NCBI GenBank assembly: GCA_050950825.1
Contig: JBMNIH010000010.1
Span: forward strand, 1 to 64,000
Source of the DNA: Clostridia bacterium
Lineage (GTDB): Bacteria; Bacillota; Clostridia; JAAYHZ01
DNA: 64,000 bases
Direction: 5' to 3'
In this document: piece after piece, positions 9,737-19,803 of the stretch
How positions within the stretch are numbered: the first letter of the stretch is position 1
How the letters are laid out: every line of letters starts with the position of its first letter
Made by a program: the position numbers and the translations under genes
The notes under the pieces: model-generated
Seen by the model: the letters and a program-made list of their open reading frames with translations, nothing else
Database searches by the model: none
What the model was told of the DNA's origin: nothing

Positions 9737-10474
9737 TTAGTCTAACTCCGTATACCGTACCAGTTTTTCGATGCTTCTCGGAACCGCGTCCTGCGAGTTC
9801 TTCCAAGGTTCGTTTTGGTAGCGATAATCGAACTTTTTAATAAACCAATCCATATCGCCGTATATGCGTTTTAAGTTTTCCACTTGGAGGTTCAAAACGA
9901 CGGATACGAACTCCTCCGCTCTGTCCCCGCTCATATATTTCGCCGTACTTTTTAGCAGCATGTTTAAATGGGGTAAACAAAAACCCTTATGTTCTTTAAA
10001 CATTCTTCGGAACTCGTCTTCTCTTCCGTATAAATAATAGATGACCTCCAAATATCGTTCCATGGTAGCGTTTATGCGATCGCATATTTCACAGGTTGAT
10101 TCCAGCCGGTCCAGCGTTTGTATAGCTTTTTGGGCTCCTGCAACGGTCTTTCCCTTGCCGAACAAGGAAGCTTTTTTCTTCCCTCCGGGTCCCGGCTTCG
10201 CATCTTCCATCAATTTGATCACATACTCCAAATGGGAATTGATTATCAATGACAAACCCAATATGTTTTCCCGGGCGTTGTATAGCTTTGTCAAATGTCT
10301 TCTGCAAAAGCCCTTTTCGGTCGTATCATCCCTTTTATCCGGTTCCATTAATGACGGCCCTAAGATGAACTCCACCGCCTTGTCCTCCAAATCCTTTTCC
10401 AAGACACATATAGGGCATTCGCAATCCTGCCTGAATGCATCCGTTACAGGAATCGTATAAATTTTCTCCTTCAT
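9737..10474 (-). CDS. conserved Clostridia protein with duplicated Cys/His motifs (DUF6062-like)
   Basis: MKEKIYTIPV start; CECPIC..GFCRRH and CEIC..GFCLPH; KFDYR...W tail. Confidence 0.75.
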   Translation of the reverse strand: MKEKIYTIPVTDAFRQDCECPICVLEKDLEDKAVEFILGPSLMEPDKRDDTTEKGFCRRHLTKLYNARENILGLSLIINSHLEYVIKLMEDAKPGPGGKKKASLFGKGKTVAGAQKAIQTLDRLESTCEICDRINATMERYLEVIYYLYGREDEFRRMFKEHKGFCLPHLNMLLKSTAKYMSGDRAEEFVSVVLNLQVENLKRIYGDMDWFIKKFDYRYQNEPWKNSQDAVPRSIEKLVRYTELD

Positions 10475-10597
10475 CGTTAAAGTCCTTTCTTGATCGAATT
10501 GGGCTAAAATAGTCGTATTACACAATATTATACCACAACAAATCCTAGAAACATCTTACGGTTGCAAAATCCGACAAGAAAGATTAAACTGTTACAC

Positions 10598-11488
10598 ATG
10601 GTAAGAAACGATTATCTAAAGGAAGCTACATATACGGCGCGGCAAGAAGAAAACTGCGTAAAGCTGTACAATGTCAGGCATTTTGATTTGCCCTCTACCT
10701 TTGAAAACGGCCAGTGTTTTCGATGGGAAAGAATGGATTCCGACCGTTACATCGGCGTTGCAAAGGGCAAGGTGCTGGAGGTCAAAAAAGACGGAGACCT
10801 TTATTTATTCTATAATACGAATCTCCAAGAATTCGAGAAGGTGTGGGTCCCCTATTTTACACTTGACATCGATTACGATAAGGTCATAAAGGTTCTGTCC
10901 AAAGATCCTCTCTTGGAAAAAGCCATTGCCTTTGCACCGGGCTTGCGCCTTTTGCGTCAGGATTTTCACGAAACCTTGATTTCTTTTATCCTGTCATCCA
11001 ATAACAATATTCAAAGGATAAAAAAGATCATCGGCAACCTGTGCCAAGCGGCGGGAAAAGACATACGGTATAACGGAAAGATATATAAAACCTTTCCAAG
11101 CATACGGGATATGAAGCATCTGACCTGCCGAGACTTTTTAGATATGGGTGCAGGCTACCGAAGCAAGTACTTAGAGCATACGATCCAAAGGTTGTGCTGC
11201 GAAGATATCGATGCATCCTTTCTTCGAACCTGTTCCTTGGACCAAGCCCGAAAAACTCTCCAACAATACATGGGAATCGGCGTAAAGGTAGCGGATTGTA
11301 TTTTACTGTATTCCGGAACGCGGTACGACTGTTTCCCGGCGGACGTGTGGATAAAAAAAATCATGCGCTCCTACCTTGATGACCGGTTTTCCGTGGATGA
11401 CATATTGGAATACGCTTCCTCCGTTTTCGGCCCCTATGCCGGTATTGCCCAACAATACTTGTTCCACTATGCCAGGTTCCATCTGTAA
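10598..11488 (+). CDS. ogg: 8-oxoguanine DNA glycosylase (HhH-GPD, Ogg-type)
   Basis: GQCFRW, SSNNNI.RI, GAGYR, GIGVKVADC, FPADVW, YAGIAQQYLF motifs. Confidence 0.88.
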   Translation: MVRNDYLKEATYTARQEENCVKLYNVRHFDLPSTFENGQCFRWERMDSDRYIGVAKGKVLEVKKDGDLYLFYNTNLQEFEKVWVPYFTLDIDYDKVIKVLSKDPLLEKAIAFAPGLRLLRQDFHETLISFILSSNNNIQRIKKIIGNLCQAAGKDIRYNGKIYKTFPSIRDMKHLTCRDFLDMGAGYRSKYLEHTIQRLCCEDIDASFLRTCSLDQARKTLQQYMGIGVKVADCILLYSGTRYDCFPADVWIKKIMRSYLDDRFSVDDILEYASSVFGPYAGIAQQYLFHYARFHL

Positions 11489-11561
11489 GCATACGACATA
11501 AGAACACATGGGAGATTTTGTTCATATACTGGGGGTATAGAAAATTGTATCAGGTGGTTCT

Positions 11562-11828
11562 ATGCATGAATGTTTAGCAACAATGGATTCCGGAAATTTC
11601 GCCGTTGCTCTTGCCCATAATTTGAAAACGGAAGGATACGACGCTCGCGTCATACCGACACCTTGCCGAATCTCCAGAACGGGTTGCGGTTATTGTATTC
11701 GAATCTTGGAAAATCACATACCGGTTTTATTTAACAAAAGCAGCCAAATGGGGTATGTCATAAGAGAAATTTATCGTGTTGAAACACATAACGGAAAAAC
11801 GAAATACGTTCTCATTTATCCGGCATAG
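11562..11828 (+). CDS. DUF3343-family small protein
   Basis: IPTP..IS..GCGYCIR motif; AGGTGG SD. Confidence 0.75.
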   Translation: MHECLATMDSGNFAVALAHNLKTEGYDARVIPTPCRISRTGCGYCIRILENHIPVLFNKSSQMGYVIREIYRVETHNGKTKYVLIYPA

Positions 11829-11886
11829 CCGTACTTTACTCGCATTTTATTGCTATTTTTGTGCTTGACTGATAGTTTTTTACTAT

Positions 11887-11915
11887 TTGCAAAAACAGTT
11901 CCATTGTGTTATACT
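11887..11915 (+). promoter_or_regulatory. sigma-A promoter of the 6S RNA
   Basis: TTGCAA-17bp-TATACT. Confidence 0.7.
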
Positions 11916-11929
11916 TACCATACCGAAAA

Positions 11930-12130
11930 AGATTCCTGGGATGTGCGTGGTACTTTATATTTTGACCCTACGTTTACAAATCGGGAGAGGTTTTAAGTCT
12001 TTGGTCGGAATGCCAGGCCGCATTTATTACCGTTTTTAACGGTAGCAGCGGACGGCAGGAAAACCAATCACCTCACCCACCTAGCAGGGAGCTAGGAGTC
12101 AGAAATGAAGGAAACGGCATCCCGGGATTT
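11930..12130 (+). ncRNA. ssrS: 6S RNA
   Basis: Closing stem TCCTGGGATG..CGT / ACGGCATCCCGGGA; TTTGACC, GGGAG and CCCACCT..GGAGC elements typical of Firmicute 6S; about 200 nt, own promoter. Confidence 0.85.
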
Positions 12131-12305
12131 TATTTTACCGACCGTGCTTGTTCCGGTCTTTTTTATCCCTTACCTCCTTTCCGTCCGTTAACCCTTGTGA
12201 GTTTAATAAGATGTGGTATAATAAGTTCAATAATTGAGTCAATCAAATTCAATTTTGGAAACGAACTTTCTCAATGTAAAATATGACGAAAGGAATGATA
12301 AATAT

Positions 12306-13574
12306 ATGAAAACGAAAGCGGTCAGATTATATGGAAAAAACGATCTAAGATTAGAAGAGTTTGAGTTGCCGCCTATTAAAGAAGACGAAATATTGGCTCG
12401 AATTGTTTCGGACAGTATTTGCATGTCCACATACAAAGCAACCATCCAAGGAACGGATCATAAGCGAGTTCCCAAAAACGTACATGAAAAACCCGTCATT
12501 ATCGGACATGAATTTGCAGGAGAAATTGTTGAGGTAGGAGAAAAGTGGAAAAACGAGTTTAAAAAAGGGCAAAAGTTTTCCATACAACCGGCTGTTAATG
12601 TTCCGGAGCGTCCTTACGATGCACCGGGCTATTCTTACCCGTATATCGGTGGGGCGGCGACCTATATCATCATTCCGAATGAGTTCATGGAGAGAAAGTG
12701 TTTATTAAACTTCTCGGGCGATGCCTTTTTCCAAGGCTCCTTAGCGGAACCCATGTCTTGCATCGTAGGAGCTTTTCACGCATCGTATCATACCAAACCG
12801 GGCGTATACGAGCATGAAATGGGAATAAAAGAAGGCGGTAAGATGGCGATCCTCGCCGGCGTAGGTCCCATGGGCTTAGGTGCCATTGATTATGCTTTGC
12901 ATTGCGACAGGAAGCCAAGCCTTTTAGTGGTAACCGACATTGACGAAGCTCGTTTGCAAAGAGCGGCAAGCATTTATACCGTCGAGGACGCGGCGAAAAA
13001 CGGAGTCAAGCTTATTTATGTCAATACCGCAAAAACCGACGATCCCGTGAAGCTGTTAAAAGACTTTACGGACGGAACCGGTTATGACGACGTATTCGTC
13101 TTTGCACCGGTAAAACCGGTGGTTGAGCAAGGAGATCAAATCCTAGGAAAAGACGGCTGCTTGAATTTCTTTGCAGGTCCTACGGATCCGAAATTCAGCG
13201 CCATGTTCAATTTTTATAATGTTCACTATTCCTCTACTCATATCGTAGGAACCAGCGGCGGGAATACGGAGGACATGGTTGAATCGTTAGATCTGATGTC
13301 CGCTAAAAGAATCAACCCCGCAGCCATGATTACCCACGTAGGAGGCATCGACAGTGTTATCGAAACGACACTGAACTTACCGAAAATACCCGGCGGTAAA
13401 AAATTGATCTATACAAACATCAACATGGAGCTCACCGCCATTTCGGATTTCAAAGAAAAAGGAAAAACCAATCCCCTCTTTGCGAAATTGGCTGAAATCG
13501 TGGAAGCCAACAACGGTTTGTGGTGTGCCGAAGCGGAAAAATACCTTCTGGAGAATGCCGATAGCGCACATTAA
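12306..13574 (+). CDS. zinc-binding (MDR) dehydrogenase, L-sorbose-1-phosphate reductase-like
   Basis: SDSICMS, GHEF, AEPMSC, GPMGLG, GTSGG, IPGGKKLIY motifs; start ATG 12306. Confidence 0.85.
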   Translation: MKTKAVRLYGKNDLRLEEFELPPIKEDEILARIVSDSICMSTYKATIQGTDHKRVPKNVHEKPVIIGHEFAGEIVEVGEKWKNEFKKGQKFSIQPAVNVPERPYDAPGYSYPYIGGAATYIIIPNEFMERKCLLNFSGDAFFQGSLAEPMSCIVGAFHASYHTKPGVYEHEMGIKEGGKMAILAGVGPMGLGAIDYALHCDRKPSLLVVTDIDEARLQRAASIYTVEDAAKNGVKLIYVNTAKTDDPVKLLKDFTDGTGYDDVFVFAPVKPVVEQGDQILGKDGCLNFFAGPTDPKFSAMFNFYNVHYSSTHIVGTSGGNTEDMVESLDLMSAKRINPAAMITHVGGIDSVIETTLNLPKIPGGKKLIYTNINMELTAISDFKEKGKTNPLFAKLAEIVEANNGLWCAEAEKYLLENADSAH

Positions 13575-13587
13575 AATGTAAATACTA

Positions 13588-13624
13588 CCGACTTCGACTG
13601 CCCGAAAACAGTCGAAGTCGGGTT
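13588..13624 (+). terminator. stem-loop after the dehydrogenase gene
   Basis: Perfect 13-bp stem CCGACTTCGACTG/CAGTCGAAGTCGG; weak U-tract. Confidence 0.65.
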
Positions 13625-13670
13625 ATCAAATTCTGAGGTTTTGCAATTTTTGCAAGCTCTAATTTTGCTG

Positions 13671-13699
13671 TTGACAAATAAAATTTCATCAGTTACAAT
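13671..13699 (+). promoter_or_regulatory. sigma-A promoter of tRNA-Ser
   Basis: TTGACA-17bp-TACAAT. Confidence 0.85.
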
Positions 13700-13745
13700 G
13701 ATTAAGCGCTCGTTGAAAACGCAGCGAGAAAACCGAATTATTTTT

Positions 13746-13836
13746 GGAGAGTTCGCCTAGATGGTCGAGGGCGCATGACTGGAAATCATGTATACCCGTA
13801 AGGGTATCCAGGGTTCGAATCCCTGACTCTCCGCCA
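13746..13836 (+). tRNA. tRNA-Ser(GGA)
   Basis: Acceptor GGAGAGT/ACTCTCC, anticodon arm CATGA-CTGGAAA-TCATG, long variable arm, GTTCGAATC T-loop, discriminator G and encoded CCA. Confidence 0.97.
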
Positions 13837-13837
13837 A

Positions 13838-13887
13838 AAAAGTCTTGAAAGACCGAATTCATAAGTCTTTTAAGACTTTATTTTTTC
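13838..13887 (+). terminator. intrinsic terminator after the tRNA
   Basis: AAAGTCTTGAAAGAC...GTCTTTTAAGACTTT followed by a T-run. Confidence 0.75.
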
Positions 13888-14037
13888 CCGTCACAGCCGC
13901 ATCCCCGTAACGATTTTCTTGTTCATTTCTTCTTACGATCTTTTTGCCGCACTCTTTTTCAACAATACGTAACTTATGCATAATTTACAAAGGCATGTGA
14001 ACAATAAGTAAAAACCATAACACGGAAAGAAGGATGC

Positions 14038-15660
14038 ATGTTTCGATATATATTAAAAATACTTCGTTATACCGCCTTGAAAAGTAAAAATTCATCCCAA
14101 GACCATACGTCGAATAATGGCTATAACGAACCCATACCGTCCGATTTGAAAAAGAGCCGAGAAATCATTGAAAACATCCTGCACAACAGCAGCGATGTAT
14201 CCGTCCATGAATTTTATTTCGGTAATAACCGTGAATGTAAGGGTGCCTTGCTTTTTATTAATAGCATGGTCGACAAGGAAGAAATTCATAAAAACATTCT
14301 GCAGCCTTTAATGTACGGCACATTGATGTTCGGCAATGACAAGAATTTGGATTTATCCGATATTGATACCATCAAAACACATTATATATCCATCACCGAT
14401 TGCCTGAAGATAACCTCGTTAGGCGATTTAATCGACAATTTATTGGCGGGAACCGTCATTCTTCTGGTAGACGGCTCAAAAGAAGCCTTGGTTATTAACA
14501 CGGGGAAGCGGGAATCCCGCAACATCGAGGAACCGGGAACGGAAGCCGTTGTGCGGGGGCCGAGAGAAGGCTTTAATGAAAATATCAACGTGAGCATCTC
14601 TCTTATCCGACGGAAAATAAAAAGCCCGGATTTGTGTGTAGAAAAATTAAAGCTCGGCGAAAAATCAAAAACGGATGTATGCATTGTATATCTAAAAAGC
14701 ATAGCCAATCCGGAGCTGATCAAGGAAATCAAAGCACGGCTGAATCGAATCAAGATTGATGCCATATTGGAGTCCGGGTATATCGAGCAATTTATTGAAG
14801 ATGCTCCCTACTCCATATTCCCCACCGTTTCCAACAGCGAAAAGCCGGACAAAATCGTAGCAAAATTATTAGACGGCCGTGCCGCCATTCTGGTTGACGG
14901 AACTCCCTTTGTCCTGGTGGTGCCTATGGTTTTCATTGAAACCTTCCAAAGCGTGGAGGACTACTATTCCAGACCTTATCTTGCAAGCATCATGCGGATT
15001 ATCCGGTTCTTGTCCTACATCATCAGCACTTTAGGACCTGCTTTATATGTAGCGCTAACCGTTTTTCATCAGGAGCTGATACCGACCTCCCTTTTAATTT
15101 CAATCGCGGAAGGCCGTGAGAGAGTTCCGTTTCCGGCCATACTGGAAGCATGGCTGATGATATTTACCTTCGATATATTACGCGAAGCGGGAATTCGTTT
15201 ACCGAAAGCGGTAGGGCAAACCATCGGAATCGTAGGAGCTCTGGTATTAGGCCAAGCCTCCGTTGAAGCCGGCCTCATAAGTCCCATCATGGTCATCGTG
15301 GTATCGGCTACCGCCATTGCCAGCTTTGCCGTTCCGGCACAAACGGACTCCGGAACCATTCTACGGTACATCTTTCTGGCCCTTGCCGGAATAGCAGGAG
15401 GCTTCGGCGTTATTATGGGGCTTTTGGTAACCCTCATACACCTCACATCGTTAAGATCTTTCGGAACACCCTATTTATGGCCGATCGCGCCTTTGAATTT
15501 ATCCGCTTTAAAGGACGTTTTCATACGAATGCCCCTTTGGAACATGACAAAACACCTAAGTGCCATCATCTGGAAAGATGCCGATTACTATCGTCAAGCC
15601 CCCGACTTAAAACCCTCACCGTACAAAAACGACAACAGCGATTCCAAGCAAAAGGAGTAA
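14038..15660 (+). CDS. gerKA: spore germination receptor A subunit (GerKA/GerA family)
   Basis: VVRGPREGF, VDGTP, PFP, REAGIRLP, IVGALVLGQA, SFGTPY motifs. Confidence 0.93.
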   Translation: MFRYILKILRYTALKSKNSSQDHTSNNGYNEPIPSDLKKSREIIENILHNSSDVSVHEFYFGNNRECKGALLFINSMVDKEEIHKNILQPLMYGTLMFGNDKNLDLSDIDTIKTHYISITDCLKITSLGDLIDNLLAGTVILLVDGSKEALVINTGKRESRNIEEPGTEAVVRGPREGFNENINVSISLIRRKIKSPDLCVEKLKLGEKSKTDVCIVYLKSIANPELIKEIKARLNRIKIDAILESGYIEQFIEDAPYSIFPTVSNSEKPDKIVAKLLDGRAAILVDGTPFVLVVPMVFIETFQSVEDYYSRPYLASIMRIIRFLSYIISTLGPALYVALTVFHQELIPTSLLISIAEGRERVPFPAILEAWLMIFTFDILREAGIRLPKAVGQTIGIVGALVLGQASVEAGLISPIMVIVVSATAIASFAVPAQTDSGTILRYIFLALAGIAGGFGVIMGLLVTLIHLTSLRSFGTPYLWPIAPLNLSALKDVFIRMPLWNMTKHLSAIIWKDADYYRQAPDLKPSPYKNDNSDSKQKE

Positions 15661-15665
15661 GAAAA

Positions 15666-16832
15666 ATGAGAAAAAACGCTGCACATTTGGTAATCATTCT
15701 TCTTACGATTTTCCTGTTTTCCGGCTGTTTAGGCGGAAGAGAAATTAACGATTTGGAAATCGTTATTGGTATGGGAGTAGACAAAGGTCAAGACACACAA
15801 GATATCATCATCACCGCTCAGGTGGTCAAAGAAGCCGAGGTCGGAAGAACATCCGATGAAAGCGGCGGCGGAAAAGCCTATTGGAATGTTACGGGTAATG
15901 GAAAATCCGTTTTTGACGCCATAAGAAAAGTAACGCATAAAACGGGAAACCGGTTATTCGTATCCCACAGCCAAGTCGTCATTTTCGGAAATGATTTGGC
16001 TTCGGAAGGCTTACAAGAGTATATCGATTTTTTCTTGAGGGCTCATGAAATGAGACCTACGGCATTGATCCTTATTGCCGAAGATCAAGCTGCCGATATT
16101 ATGGATGCCAAACCGGAAACCGAAAAATTCCCCGCCATTAATATCGTCAAATTGGTTAAATCCTATCGTTTTACGTCTCATTTCTACAAAGTCAATATGA
16201 AAGATTTTGTATCATCCTTGATGTGCGAAACGACGGCTCCGACAGCCCCGATAGTCAAAGTTATGGAAGAGGAAGGACAAAAAAACATTCATATATACGG
16301 CATGGCCGTGTTTAAAAACGACAAAATGGTGGGAAAACTCGTCCACGAAGAAACACGCGGGCTTCTTTGGGTTTTAGGCAAGGTGGAAAGCGGAATCTTG
16401 TTAGTGCCGTATCCCGAAGACCAAGGATTGTTGTCGCTGGAAATTTTAAAAGCGGAAAGCAAAGTGACACCGAAAATCGAGAACGGAAAAATCGTCATGC
16501 ATATTAAGATCAAGCAAGAATCCAGTCTTGCGGAACAATCATCCGCCTTAAATCTGACAACCATGTCCGTATTTGAAAAGATTGAAAAAGCCCAGTCGGA
16601 AGTAATTCGCAAGGAAATCATGACGGCTTTTGAAAAATCCAAAGAACTGAATGCCGACATATTCGGATTCGGCAGAATGCTTCATAAAAAATACAAAAAC
16701 GAATGGGAAAAGCTTAAAGACCGGTGGGATGAAGTCTATCCGACCATTGAACTTGATATCGAAATTGAAGCCAAGATTCAAAAAACCGATTTATTGGTGA
16801 AGCCGGCGGCACCGGGCCAAAAGGAGGAATAA
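15666..16832 (+). CDS. gerKC: spore germination lipoprotein, Ger(x)C family
   Basis: AAGGAG SD, ATG 15666; lipobox FSGC; EINDL.IV.GMGVD and DIFGFG motifs. Confidence 0.92.
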   Translation: MRKNAAHLVIILLTIFLFSGCLGGREINDLEIVIGMGVDKGQDTQDIIITAQVVKEAEVGRTSDESGGGKAYWNVTGNGKSVFDAIRKVTHKTGNRLFVSHSQVVIFGNDLASEGLQEYIDFFLRAHEMRPTALILIAEDQAADIMDAKPETEKFPAINIVKLVKSYRFTSHFYKVNMKDFVSSLMCETTAPTAPIVKVMEEEGQKNIHIYGMAVFKNDKMVGKLVHEETRGLLWVLGKVESGILLVPYPEDQGLLSLEILKAESKVTPKIENGKIVMHIKIKQESSLAEQSSALNLTTMSVFEKIEKAQSEVIRKEIMTAFEKSKELNADIFGFGRMLHKKYKNEWEKLKDRWDEVYPTIELDIEIEAKIQKTDLLVKPAAPGQKEE

Positions 16833-16833
16833 T

Positions 16834-17940
16834 ATGAATGTTGAAAAAGGTAAAATCTGCAGTATGCAATTGTTCTTTTTATTTGCCGGCTTCGTTCAAG
16901 GATCCGTTTTGTTAGTCGATTTTGCCATCGGAATATCGGAAAGCCAAACCTGGATGGTAATATTAATAGGGCTGGGTTTGGCCATTCCTTTCGTTCTTTC
17001 CTATGTAGCCCTTGCAAAAAGGTTTCCCGGGATGAACGTAGTGCAAATAAACGATGCGGTTTACGGCCGCTTTTTAGGCAAGACCCTATCTTTATATTAT
17101 ATCTTCTTTTTTCTAATGACCCTCTCTTTTAACATTCGGGATGTAGGCGAACTGTACATCACTTTTTTAATGCCGGATACCTCTTTCATTTTTCTATTGG
17201 TTGCTTTTTCGGCAACCTGTGCATATGCCGTTTCCAAGGGTTTGGAAGTATTGGCAAGAATAAGCCACCTGATTGCATTGATCGGCATATTCGTGCCTAT
17301 ATGTACGACGATTCTTTTGATTGATCAAATGGATTTCTCCAACTTTTTGCCTCTATTTGAACTGCCCTTTGCCAGGATGCTTCATGGCATCCACATCATG
17401 ATGGCCATACCTTTTTGCGAAACTCTTGTATTTCTAATGATTATGGCATCTTTGGATAAAGCGGAAAAAGCGAAAAAAAGCATTTTATCGGGTCTTTTGG
17501 TCGGTACCGTCTCCCTTTTTATCGTTGCCGTTCGCAATACGGCCGTTTTGGGCAATACGCAAACCATATGGACTTCTCCTTCTTTTCAGTCTACTCGACT
17601 TATTGACATCGGGACGGTGTTAACCCGTATGGACTTTCTTATCGGTATTGCACAGACCTTTCTCATATTTTTTAAATGCTGCCTCTTTTTATACGCATCG
17701 GTCACGGCCATAGCTCAAATATTCAATCTGAAAACCTATATACCGCTGGTTTTACCTGTCGCCGGTATCGAAGTAATTCTTGCGGCTACCGTTTTTCAAT
17801 CCAAGGTGGATCATGCCGAAATCTCGCAAAACGCAGGCATAATTTATTCCGCTCCGCTGATGTTTCTAATTCCGCCCTTAACCCTGTTGATAGCTAAGCT
17901 TCGAAATCTACCGAATAAGGGAGGGAAAAACGACTCGTGA
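16834..17940 (+). CDS. gerKB: spore germination permease, GerB/KB family
   Basis: About ten TM helices; MPDT, GLEVLAR, RMD motifs; operon position. Confidence 0.9.
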   Translation: MNVEKGKICSMQLFFLFAGFVQGSVLLVDFAIGISESQTWMVILIGLGLAIPFVLSYVALAKRFPGMNVVQINDAVYGRFLGKTLSLYYIFFFLMTLSFNIRDVGELYITFLMPDTSFIFLLVAFSATCAYAVSKGLEVLARISHLIALIGIFVPICTTILLIDQMDFSNFLPLFELPFARMLHGIHIMMAIPFCETLVFLMIMASLDKAEKAKKSILSGLLVGTVSLFIVAVRNTAVLGNTQTIWTSPSFQSTRLIDIGTVLTRMDFLIGIAQTFLIFFKCCLFLYASVTAIAQIFNLKTYIPLVLPVAGIEVILAATVFQSKVDHAEISQNAGIIYSAPLMFLIPPLTLLIAKLRNLPNKGGKNDS

Positions 17941-18158
17941 TCTATCTTGTATTAATCTATACCGTTATCATCCTCTTCACCGTTCCGGATTTGGTAAAAA
18001 GAAAACTAAAAAAAGAGCTAGCGGTGTTCTCCGTCCTATGCTTTATTGCATTTGTTTTAGGCTTGTTGTATGTACTGGACGTACCCATCCCTAGCCCCAT
18101 GAAAGGGCTGCATAAGCTTATCGTCGAGAAATGGGGAATCCGGTATCCGAAGCAATAA
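17937..18158 (+). CDS. small two-TM protein of ger operons
   Basis: GTGA overlap with gerKB; KK.KKEL.VF and IPSP pattern. Confidence 0.75.
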   Translation: MIYLVLIYTVIILFTVPDLVKRKLKKELAVFSVLCFIAFVLGLLYVLDVPIPSPMKGLHKLIVEKWGIRYPKQ

Positions 18159-18218
18159 AAACATAAGGCTTGTTATTGTAGCCTGCGTTTTTCACCGATA
18201 AAAACAAAACACGTAAAA

Positions 18219-19481
18219 TCAACGGCTTTCATTGAATTCGTGTACCGCTTCTATCATGGCTACGATGTTTTCGATAGGTGTCTTGGCTTGGATGTTGTGG
18301 ATGGCATTGAAAACGTAGCCTCCGTTTTTCGAGAAGATCTCCAGCCTTTCCAGAACCTGACTTCGTACCTCTTCCTTGGTTCCGAAGGGAAGAACCTGTT
18401 GGGTATCAATGCCGCCGCCCCAGAACACGATCCGGTCTCCGTATTTTTCTTTTAATTTTTTCGGATCCATTCCTGTGGCGGAACACTGTACGGGATTTAA
18501 GATGTCAAATCCCGCCTCAATAAACAAAGGGATAAAAGGTTCAATGGCGCCGCAGCAATGCTTGAAGGTTTTCCACTTGGTATTTTCTTTGATCCATCTG
18601 TTCATTTTAACATAGTAAGGCATGTAGAGTTCTTTAAAGGTCTCGGCGGAACAGAAGGTGCTTTGCTGGGTTCCGAAATCGGTTCCGCAAATAAACACCA
18701 CATCCACGTATTCTCCCAAAGCTTCGTGAAGCTTTTTAAGATTCTCCAAAGCGATATCGGTTTGCTTTTCAAAAATGGCATGTAAATAGTCCTGTCTTAA
18801 GACAGTGGAAATATACCACTCTGTTATATCCCGAATACCTTTCGGATGCTTTAGAAAAGGCGCCGGAACCAATGCGATGTCCCCGATAGCGGTACCGCCA
18901 AAATTGGCAATGACTCCTTTCCCCGTGTCGTATGCCTTTACGGCTTCTTGCTTAAAGTATTGTACCTCTTCATCGCTTAAGATCTTGAATTCTTCCAAGT
19001 TGTCTTCCGGATTCAAAGAATCGTCGTCAATATCCTGCCGGCGAATGATGGTATCAAAATAGTATCCGCCTTTCGGCATTTTTGCGGAAGGCGGGACGCT
19101 TGTATCCCCTTCCGGATACACGTAAGTATTTCCCTCTTCGTCTGCCGTGGTATTGAAATTGCCCGGTACAAGCACAATTTGACCGCTTTCCAATCGCCAT
19201 TCTTTCCAGTTCTCATTGGTTATTCCGAACATATTGTTCTTCGAAGAAACCCCGACAACATCAATTCCCATGACATCGGCCAGGTCTTTGTCGACGTATC
19301 CTAACAGCTGGTACGGCTCCCAAACCTTTACGGGTCTTTTTTCAAGACCGTAATATTCTCGTAACTTCTCAACACAGGAAACATGGATACCGGTGACGGC
19401 CGTGCCGTTAAAATCAATAGGGACCTTCCCCTCTTTATGATTGAGCGCATGGATCAACTTTTCCCTTGAATTCATCTTCAT
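18219..19481 (-). CDS. uroporphyrinogen decarboxylase / MtaA-CmuA methyltransferase family protein
   Basis: MNSRE start; DFGTQ, HCCG, LNPVQ, FWGGGIDTQ, HNIQ motifs. Confidence 0.85.
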   Translation of the reverse strand: MKMNSREKLIHALNHKEGKVPIDFNGTAVTGIHVSCVEKLREYYGLEKRPVKVWEPYQLLGYVDKDLADVMGIDVVGVSSKNNMFGITNENWKEWRLESGQIVLVPGNFNTTADEEGNTYVYPEGDTSVPPSAKMPKGGYYFDTIIRRQDIDDDSLNPEDNLEEFKILSDEEVQYFKQEAVKAYDTGKGVIANFGGTAIGDIALVPAPFLKHPKGIRDITEWYISTVLRQDYLHAIFEKQTDIALENLKKLHEALGEYVDVVFICGTDFGTQQSTFCSAETFKELYMPYYVKMNRWIKENTKWKTFKHCCGAIEPFIPLFIEAGFDILNPVQCSATGMDPKKLKEKYGDRIVFWGGGIDTQQVLPFGTKEEVRSQVLERLEIFSKNGGYVFNAIHNIQAKTPIENIVAMIEAVHEFNESR

Positions 19482-19569
19482 CACCCTTTGACCCTCACAT
19501 TTGCTTTCATTATACCCCGGTTCCGTCCATTTGCACAATTTTTATGCTCTTGTTCAAGGTTATCTCGCT

Positions 19570-19662
19570 TTATTTTAACAATAAAGCAACGGCTACAACG
19601 ACAATCACCGCAACAACGAAATAAATGAGAGCGAAAATTAATTGTTTTTTCGGGTTTTGCAT
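19570..19662 (-). CDS. unannotated 30-aa single-TM peptide MQNPKKQLIFALIYFVVAVIVVVAVALLLK
   Basis: Perfect AAGGAGG SD directly upstream of ATG 19662; basic N-terminus plus 22 hydrophobic residues; TAA at 19570-72. Confidence 0.7.
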   Translation of the reverse strand: MQNPKKQLIFALIYFVVAVIVVVAVALLLK

Positions 19663-19692
19663 ATTGCCTCCTTAATAATAAAGTGGATATAT

Positions 19693-19730
19693 AAAAAAGA
19701 GTGGGAAACACAAATTTTTGCTTCCCACCC
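19693..19730 (-). terminator. intrinsic terminator downstream of oadB
   Basis: Minus strand GGGTGGGAAGC...GTTTCCCACTC-TTTTTT. Confidence 0.75.
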
Positions 19731-19803
19731 TAGAAGTTTCACAATTCTATTACTTGAAACGAAGATAACTTCGTCAACCGTTTTTGCATTTTATGTAATT
19801 TTA

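Noticed and set aside
12169-12181. Perfect SD-like AAAGGAGGTAAG on the minus strand after 6S RNA
   Set aside because: No start codon at a usable distance.
13746-18158. tRNA-Ser as the integration site of an island carrying gerK
   Set aside because: No integrase, no duplicated tRNA 3' end seen, and the downstream genes have host-like composition.
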